Positions 35,780 to 41,879 of a DNA stretch of 41,879 nucleotides are shown here, piece by piece; the stretch's first letter is position 1, and the number at the start of each line of letters is the position of its first letter. The notes below the pieces were generated by a model, which ran no database searches, was not told where the DNA came from, and saw only the letters and a program-made list of their open reading frames with translations. The stretch is taken from positions 1 to 41,879 of IMG/VR virus record IMGVR_UViG_3300020059_000003. One strand, 5' to 3'. Origin of the DNA: a virus (Duplodnaviria > Caudoviricetes). Made by a program: the position numbers and the translations under genes.

Positions 35780-36047
35780 CGATATTTCCTTGCTCTAGTT
35801 GTTTTACGAATTCGACATGATCCTTGCTCAAAAAAGCAATGATCGAGAGGACCATTCGTCTAGACCCCTCATTAAGCAACGTCTGGTGCGGATCACCTGC
35901 AACAAATGTCGTGCTCAGCACGAATCCACTTTTTACAAGGTGCCTCAATACCCGCTGTCCATCCGGTGTCTCAAAAATCCTAATGTAAGACGCATGCAAA
36001 TGAATCTTATCTGCAATCTTATCTCGTATGTCTTTTGCAATTTTCAT
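35766..36047 (-). CDS. conserved head-module protein (BPP-1 Bbp19-like)
   Basis: Y...F.T.DG..VL..L, DP..T..NEG.R...L.I. Confidence 0.8.
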   Translation of the reverse strand: MKIAKDIRDKIADKIHLHASYIRIFETPDGQRVLRHLVKSGFVLSTTFVAGDPHQTLLNEGSRRMVLSIIAFLSKDHVEFVKQLEQGNIDDTI

Positions 36048-37666
36048 GAACCAAGTCCTAGCATTCCCCCAGATTTCTGAGCATCAGCAAGGTTCTTCAC
36101 AGCTTTGGAAGCAGGTTCAGCAATCTGCGTCAACTGCTGCACAGCTTGTTGCTTGTTCCTCACATCTCTTAGTTCAGCAATCTCATCAGCACCTCTCAAG
36201 ATGATCCTAGGAGTTCCTCTTGCAATAGCCAATGCCTGCACATATTTATCAAAATCAACAGCATCCATGATTCCAGGGTTTATTTGTAGTAGTGGAATCA
36301 GTTCAGATATGAATCGTCCCATCGCCATTGCTTTCACTCCAGTTTGTGCACGTGATGCTGGAGACATGTATCCTACCTTGAGTCGTTTACCTTGGATAGT
36401 TGCTGGAGCAAGTGGAATCCTTCCATGATTGTTCAATAAGTAATATGATCGCTGAATCATTGGACCAAGTAATTCAGATGCAAGACGACCAAGCATTGGT
36501 GCCATCATGCGAAGTTTCTCCTCACGACGATCAGCAACCTCATACGCTGTCATCTCAACATTCTGCTTCTCCATTTTGATCCAATCAGCATAGAAGCATT
36601 TGTTAATGAATTCGCGTTTTCCATTTGCTTGCTCAAGACCCCATGGAAGATTACCTTCGAATTTCAAAGGCATAGGATCCTCAGTCCCAGCTTCTTTATA
36701 TATGAGTGCTCCAGGAGTAGTCCTAATAGGCAATAGGAATCCCTCATCTTGGATTACGGTTGGAGGATCAACCGCCTTCTGACCGGCTTTCAGAAGAGTC
36801 TTCTCCATTGCATTAAGCATCTTAATGTCAGGTAAGCACTTCTTTGCTGGACTCCGACCATATACCTCACCAGAAAGTTTCGTCCATCTTGGAGTATGGT
36901 AACATAGTGTATCGTATCCGTCCTCACGCAACAGTTCCTTTGTCGTCGTACAAATCCAAACAGAAGCGAACTTCTTATTCAGTTTTGATGGATTCACCGG
37001 ATTACGATCTGTTCGAGGATACACACAATGTAAGACGTCAAATGCTTTATCAGCATTCTTTTCCTTCATGATGTCTGGTGGAAGATCACCAAACTCTTGT
37101 TCCAATTGACGTTTTGTCCAAACAGTCTTTCGATAAATCGTATCGACTCGACCTTCAGCATTCTCGAGCAAGTAGCAGTCACTGATTGGTTTGGAACTGA
37201 AAATCAGATCTTGATTGTTCTGACTCCATTCTTGTCCCATGATCGCTGTTCCAAAGGATCCAATATCAAGGAACACTTCATGGAGTGCAGTGTTCAGCAT
37301 CACGTCCTCACGCTTGTATGAGTCATATATGATGTCTGAGCATCTTTCCAACCACTCAAGAGCATCTGGATCTTGAGTGGCATCAAAGTTCCCCTCAACC
37401 TCCAACTCAAAAAATCGTTCCGCTGGATTAGTAAGATATGAATGCAATGCTGCTGCTAATTGTTCCAGTGCATCTGGTGCGGTGCCATCATACATGAATT
37501 CTGTTCGAAGAGTAACATAAGTCCCAGACATCTTGTGATATCCTACTGAAATCGGACGAACAAGATCCCGAATATCCATCCAATCATTTTCGAATGGAGC
37601 ACGGTCTGATTGCAGTTTCTCATACCGCATAATCAGAAATTGAACTAGTGGAACAGGTTGTGCCAT
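36044..37666 (-). CDS. portal (head-tail connector, T7 gp8-like)
   Basis: YD.TA, L.NPA..FF, FGTA, PRW....GE.YGRSP, MTA.EV..R.EE...L.P...RL..E.L.P. Confidence 0.95.
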   Translation of the reverse strand: MAQPVPLVQFLIMRYEKLQSDRAPFENDWMDIRDLVRPISVGYHKMSGTYVTLRTEFMYDGTAPDALEQLAAALHSYLTNPAERFFELEVEGNFDATQDPDALEWLERCSDIIYDSYKREDVMLNTALHEVFLDIGSFGTAIMGQEWSQNNQDLIFSSKPISDCYLLENAEGRVDTIYRKTVWTKRQLEQEFGDLPPDIMKEKNADKAFDVLHCVYPRTDRNPVNPSKLNKKFASVWICTTTKELLREDGYDTLCYHTPRWTKLSGEVYGRSPAKKCLPDIKMLNAMEKTLLKAGQKAVDPPTVIQDEGFLLPIRTTPGALIYKEAGTEDPMPLKFEGNLPWGLEQANGKREFINKCFYADWIKMEKQNVEMTAYEVADRREEKLRMMAPMLGRLASELLGPMIQRSYYLLNNHGRIPLAPATIQGKRLKVGYMSPASRAQTGVKAMAMGRFISELIPLLQINPGIMDAVDFDKYVQALAIARGTPRIILRGADEIAELRDVRNKQQAVQQLTQIAEPASKAVKNLADAQKSGGMLGLGS

Positions 37667-37667
37667 A

Positions 37668-37940
37668 TTAAGATCCTAGTAAAGATTTCTTCACCACATT
37701 TGGAGTGCTTGTATCTCCCATTCCTCCAGTAAGAATTGTTGAAGCAAATCCCTGTGGTTTACGTTTATTAAGTTGTTCTCGTGCGGCACCAGCAGCATCT
37801 GCAGTGGTAGGTGGAGCAGGTGGCTTTGGCGCACTTGGAGTTCCACCAAAATTAAACACATCGAAGTTCGCAGGACATTCGTCCCGGCGAGACTGAACCA
37901 CCAGATTCGCAACTACCAACCAATAATTCATGTTTCGCAT
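37668..37940 (-). CDS. small virion protein upstream of the portal, with putative N-terminal leader
   Basis: FGG.PSAPKPPAPP, G.ASTILTG, K.LLG ending; alternative GTG start at 37859. Confidence 0.8.
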   Translation of the reverse strand: MRNMNYWLVVANLVVQSRRDECPANFDVFNFGGTPSAPKPPAPPTTADAAGAAREQLNKRKPQGFASTILTGGMGDTSTPNVVKKSLLGS

Positions 37941-38235
37941 ATTTCGTTATCCTCTCAACTGTTTCTGTTCGGTGCCACACCACTGCTGACCGACCCCTCG
38001 CTGCGCGAGCCCAGCCAATATATGGTAATCTATATGGCATTAACGACCAAAATGTCTCAAATCCGACACCAACTGCCAAGCGAATAAACCAACCATCCCC
38101 AACGTGACGAGCAAGTAAAGCATAACTAGGAGTAATATGAGCATGCCCTGTTCGAGCATATTCCTCAAAATCTGAACTAAATGAGAGTTCTGGACAAGTT
38201 TCATAGAGTTCTCGAATTTTCTCATACGTACTCAT
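37852..38235 (-). CDS. hypothetical protein, possibly GNAT-like
   Basis: WFI.LA.G, P..LPYIGW.R pattern; ATGA-coupled to the terminase. Confidence 0.65.
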   Translation of the reverse strand: MSTYEKIRELYETCPELSFSSDFEEYARTGHAHITPSYALLARHVGDGWFIRLAVGVGFETFWSLMPYRLPYIGWARAARGRSAVVWHRTETVERITKYAKHELLVGSCESGGSVSPGRMSCELRCV

Positions 38236-39602
38236 GTTTCCACCAGCTCTCTTGCATTGAGATAGTCGTAATCATCAAGTGCACTCTTCTGTGGTGCTTC
38301 CTTGTGCTTAGGTCGATCCCTTCGGCCCATTGCAAAATATCTAAAGGCATCAGCACCGTTCGACGTCCAATCATGTAGAGGATGGTTCCTGAAACACTTA
38401 TGCTTATCATCCCACTCTTTGCGATACTGTCGAAGTGCCTCGATTCCCCTTTTGCATTTCTCCTGGTCAAACCAACAAGTCGCAAGAACATTTCGCACTG
38501 CCTCAATACCGTCCTCAACCTCATGACGTCTACAAACCATAAACTTCAAACCCAAACTCTTGGCGGTCTCGATCCTTGTTTTCCCTGTCCCAAGTTCTTT
38601 GACCTCGATGTCGTGAGGACCCGTGTGACGACCGTAGGCATATTGTGTCCTGTGTTCTCCCCCATCGATATTTCCCCGAAGAACTTTAACATAGTGTTGT
38701 AAACCCTCACCTGACGCCTCATAATAATCGATGATCCGATTCTCAAACCCATGGACTTGCACAAACCAAATCGCAGTGGCGTCACGCACACCCAAATCCC
38801 AGTAAGTGTCGACAAGCAATTTTGGTTCATAAGGCACTATAGTAATACGTAAATCCTTCTCAGCACGTAACATCTGAGAGCCGTAGTAAGCACCCACAAA
38901 TGGACTTTCGAAACTACAAAAGAATTCCTGTTGGACCATTTCCTCTGGCATTCCTGCTTCACGTTCATCTTGAATCACCTCATCACTTATAACCGCAGTG
39001 CCATCTGGTCTTTTCGTTCCAGCATCTCCAGCAACGAGAACCTCACTAAACCATCTCTTATTCTTCTTTGCCATTTCAAGAAGAGTATATCCATGGTTCT
39101 TTCCCCTGGCCGTATAGATGAATAGTGCCCAACCACCATTTTCTGCAAGAATTGGTCGAATAAAATCCCATGCACCAGGGTCATGAAGAGAATACTCACT
39201 AAAGATGCATCCAATAGGATTCGTTCCTACAAGTGAATTGATGTCATCCGTTCCCACAACCTGGTAATGTGCACCATTGTAGAATGTGATCCTCATTTCT
39301 GTCCCATTCTTACCTGCTACCAAGTCGGGATGAAAGTGATCCAAGAAGGGACGTCCGTCGCGGGTGTGTCCATTCCACACAATGGCCCTGCCTTGCTTGT
39401 ATGTGGGGAGAAGATGCCAATATGTACCCACCCGTTCTGGTATCTTCGTGCTAACGAGATTGATCCCGAATAAGTCCTTGCCGGCCCGTCGATGCCAGAC
39501 GGCCACGCCCCGTTTACCCTCACTGGGACCTTGAAAATGTCTCCAGGCTGGAAGCTGATAATCGCGAGGCGTCCACTTGTATGGGAGGACGATGTCACTC
39601 AC
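38232..39602 (-). CDS. terL: terminase large subunit
   Basis: HRRAGKD Walker A, IFSEY Walker B variant, QEFFCSF, WDLG..D.TAIW, HDW.S..ADAFRY. Confidence 0.96.
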   Translation of the reverse strand: MSDIVLPYKWTPRDYQLPAWRHFQGPSEGKRGVAVWHRRAGKDLFGINLVSTKIPERVGTYWHLLPTYKQGRAIVWNGHTRDGRPFLDHFHPDLVAGKNGTEMRITFYNGAHYQVVGTDDINSLVGTNPIGCIFSEYSLHDPGAWDFIRPILAENGGWALFIYTARGKNHGYTLLEMAKKNKRWFSEVLVAGDAGTKRPDGTAVISDEVIQDEREAGMPEEMVQQEFFCSFESPFVGAYYGSQMLRAEKDLRITIVPYEPKLLVDTYWDLGVRDATAIWFVQVHGFENRIIDYYEASGEGLQHYVKVLRGNIDGGEHRTQYAYGRHTGPHDIEVKELGTGKTRIETAKSLGLKFMVCRRHEVEDGIEAVRNVLATCWFDQEKCKRGIEALRQYRKEWDDKHKCFRNHPLHDWTSNGADAFRYFAMGRRDRPKHKEAPQKSALDDYDYLNARELVET

Positions 39603-40102
39603 TTAGTCGCCTCCACAACCTCATCTACCACTACGGCATCAGGTATTGGTTGCTCTTTTGCAACTGGATGATTGGGTGCTAAACCTCTAGACTCTCTTCG
39701 CACAACACCATCCTCACCATATCGCACAATAATGATCTCATGCTTATGGTTCACGTTGCCAGCAACCTCCACCGACTTGAGTTTGGGCATTCGATACTGA
39801 ACCAGATCTGACAGTATCTTTATCCGCTGATCATTGGTCAATACCCATGCACCTACAGAGTCTTTCTCCATCACCATCTTCACAAGCTCTTCTGCTGGCT
39901 CCATTCCATACTTCTGCATGATAAGGTCCAGTCCTTCTTGGATTTCAGCAGTTGTTCGTCGTGGACCTTTAGTGACGAGACTTCGGACATCCTGCTCAAG
40001 TTTCGATATTCTATCCGCTCCCGCGACAATTAATTTTTGACTTCCACCACCTCGTGCACTGAGAAATGCACGTATCTCGTCTGGTGATGGAACACGCGTC
40101 AT
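39599..40102 (-). CDS. terS: terminase small subunit (probable)
   Basis: Directly upstream of and coupled to terL; P.E.L...R.....L..Y..PKLKSVEV.G pattern. Confidence 0.75.
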   Translation of the reverse strand: MTRVPSPDEIRAFLSARGGGSQKLIVAGADRISKLEQDVRSLVTKGPRRTTAEIQEGLDLIMQKYGMEPAEELVKMVMEKDSVGAWVLTNDQRIKILSDLVQYRMPKLKSVEVAGNVNHKHEIIIVRYGEDGVVRRESRGLAPNHPVAKEQPIPDAVVVDEVVEATK

Positions 40103-40108
40103 GTGCTC

Positions 40109-40393
40109 TTATACTGGGACAAGGGTGAAATCGACATAATACTCACGACCACTGATGAAGACGCCTTTGGCAGCAGGATTCTCAATGGTGATAGCAACAC
40201 TGGCGGATGGAGTTGCAATAGCAAATGATTTGTTTTCCTCGCTTCCACTTGTTACTGCTGAGAGTTGAACAAGTTCTTGGTTTCCAATTGGTTCAATCTT
40301 TGAACATTCCATCTTTGCACGAATCCTTGTGGCCACTGGATCTGGTTTCTTCACATCAGATTTCTGTGCTTCAGGTATTGTATTCTTATTCAT
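40109..40393 (-). CDS. conserved phage hypothetical protein
   Basis: RAK..C, L.AV....EEN..F..ATPS......I.NP.A...F..G..YYVDFT. Confidence 0.8.
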   Translation of the reverse strand: MNKNTIPEAQKSDVKKPDPVATRIRAKMECSKIEPIGNQELVQLSAVTSGSEENKSFAIATPSASVAITIENPAAKGVFISGREYYVDFTLVPV

Positions 40394-40457
40394 ATGATCC
40401 TTTGTTAACGGTTTGTTGCCTATACACACATATAATATGTGCATGTGATTGCGAAAA

Positions 40458-40475
40458 GTAAACTACTATTTTACT
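40458..40475 (-). promoter_or_regulatory. late promoter box AGTAAAATAGTAGTTTAC
   Basis: Exact 18-bp copy of 34607-34624 at the head of the late arm. Confidence 0.7.
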
Positions 40476-40506
40476 ATTGTAATATTTTCCCGTTTACTCT
40501 TAAAGC

Positions 40507-40569
40507 AAGCTTCTAGGATCTCTATTCTTGGAGTTTTACTTGTGATCTCTTATCGTAAGCTTCTAGGAT
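40507..40569. repeat. 13-bp direct repeat AAGCTTCTAGGAT x2
   Basis: Copies at 40507-40519 and 40557-40569. Confidence 0.8.
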
Positions 40570-40899
40570 TAGCGGCCAGAGATTGTGGGTTGGTGTCAAC
40601 CCAAGTTCGGCCATTCTGGGGCCCCCATGGCCATCACCATAACACAAGAAACACAGACCGATCAACCGGAATTAAGAATGATACTCAGAGGACCACTAAT
40701 ACGATGCCACCAAATGAAATAGCAGGATCTATCTCATCACGGAGCATTGATAATCGTGACACTTATTCTCAATTTACACATCAAGGATCATGACGACCAA
40801 ATTACAATTCATCCGCACCCGTCCTGTTGATCATAAAAATAAACCGTGAGATCCATACAGGACACCCGTTCTCATGCCATTATTACAGTGCATTACAAA

Positions 40900-41220
40900 G
40901 CTAACACCCGTAAGTTATTATCATTATTAGCTAGTTATTAGGTACAGGACATAAGTCTTATATAATAGAAGTAATACAATGGTTCATCGATATTAAGGTT
41001 ATTAGGTCTAAAATATTTTCACCATTTTCAATAAACACAGCTTATTAATCGTAAAACAGATATAACTTAAATTAATATTAAACCCCATTAAGATCCTAAT
41101 AACCTTAATAACATAGTCTCAAATATAATATAAGCACTTATAAATAAACCACTTACAACATATTATGGACCTAATATCCCCGTAATATCTCTAATATCCG
41201 CACAACCAATATTCCATATC
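40900..41220. other. candidate replication origin
   Basis: AT-rich and non-coding; 16-bp perfect inverted repeat 40991-41006/41095-41110; TATTA units on the left, TAATA units on the right. Confidence 0.55.
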
Positions 41221-41337
41221 CAACGACGCTACGATCTCCTTCGTTTCTCCCTCTTCATTTTTATATTTTCGTTTCACACAAGTAAGTGCTTAAAAGTTAT
41301 CATCCTCATTACATGTATCGGACTGCACAAATGTCGC

Positions 41338-41438
41338 CAAACAGTGTGGATACAGCATATTAGACACTGTTTGTCACCATTTCTGCTAACTTTTACTTCC
41401 GAATAAGTGTATGTGAGATAAGGAAACTTATTCGGAAG
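41338..41438. repeat. two inverted repeats upstream of the first early gene
   Basis: CAAACAGTGT/ACACTGTTTG (41338-41373) and CTTCCGAATAAGT/ACTTATTCGGAAG (41396-41438). Confidence 0.85.
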
Positions 41439-41460
41439 CCACACTTACTTGTTATCTTCG

Positions 41461-41859
41461 ATGAAACGAAAATCTAAAAACAAAGCTTCTTCCGAACCGA
41501 ACGAGCTCTCCGCTCCAATATCAACCACCAACCCTCAACCAATCGCCACACGTCCAGACATCATCGCTCAAAACTTCAAACGCCTCAATCAACGTATCAT
41601 AGCCAACAATTCCTTCGCAGCTGAAGGTAAACTCATCGTCACTAATAACGACGACAACACAGTAACATACGGTTTCACAGACCTCCGCGTCTGGAACCCT
41701 CTTACTAAGGTTAATAAAAACCTCACAGTCAACGACGCTGATAAATTCCTCGTCACACAGGAATCTTACGAACTCGCCAAATCAGAATTCTGGGGCCGAT
41801 GGAAAATCTTCATCCAACACCTTTTCAAATGCAACTACATCAAAATCGATCAAATATAA
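41461..41859 (+). CDS. hypothetical early protein
   Basis: ATG at 41461; same A/C-rich composition as 1-2600. Confidence 0.7.
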   Translation: MKRKSKNKASSEPNELSAPISTTNPQPIATRPDIIAQNFKRLNQRIIANNSFAAEGKLIVTNNDDNTVTYGFTDLRVWNPLTKVNKNLTVNDADKFLVTQESYELAKSEFWGRWKIFIQHLFKCNYIKIDQI

Positions 41860-41879
41860 TCCTATGCAAATACTATCCA

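Larger units (their letters stand above)
1..41879. mobile_element. Podovirus-like phage genome, probably complete or circularly permuted
   Basis: Full terminase-portal-scaffold-capsid-tail tube-internal protein set plus a replication module; two divergent arms; no host housekeeping genes or integrase. Confidence 0.95.

Noticed and set aside
38222-38830. ORFs nested in terL (38222-38524, 38546-38830 and antisense)
   Set aside because: They lie inside a conserved gene and show no motifs.
40449-40793. 114-aa + strand ORF
   Set aside because: TTG start, runs across the late promoter and repeats, and the sequence is not protein-like.
1-41879. Stop-codon reassignment, tRNAs, introns/inteins, integrase or att sites
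   Set aside because: Core genes are intact and of normal length in the standard code; no cloverleaf, intein or recombinase motifs were recognised by eye.

Overview
This window is an apparently complete or near-complete ~41.9 kb tailed dsDNA phage genome of podovirus type. I see no RNA polymerase, integrase, tRNA or CRISPR array. The + arm (41.45 kb, running on into 1-17.2 kb) carries A/C-rich small early genes, an ATP-dependent ligase and a nucleotide-modification cluster (SAM methyltransferase, MazG-like pyrophosphatase, P-loop kinase, thymidylate-synthase homolog with the dCMP-type Asp). It continues with PolA, a resolvase-like nuclease, an SSB-like protein, an AEP primase, and UvrD and SNF2 helicases. 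The - arm (40.4 to 17.2 kb) is a T7/BPP-1-like morphogenesis module: terminases, portal, scaffold, capsid, tail tubes A/B, GNAT, internal virion proteins, and signal-peptide, lipoprotein and holin-like genes with no recognisable endolysin. A ~1 kb AT-rich region with inverted repeats separates the arms. The most striking observation is that four unrelated virion proteins, including the major capsid protein, share a ~30-aa N-terminal extension with the ungapped motif A-x-x-[IV]-V-x-x-[YR]-R-x-[EQ]-[AC]-P-x-x-[FM]-D-[PV], suggesting a leader-directed maturation system. A verrucomicrobial host is inferred from protein style. All annotations come from motif recognition by eye; no searches were run.
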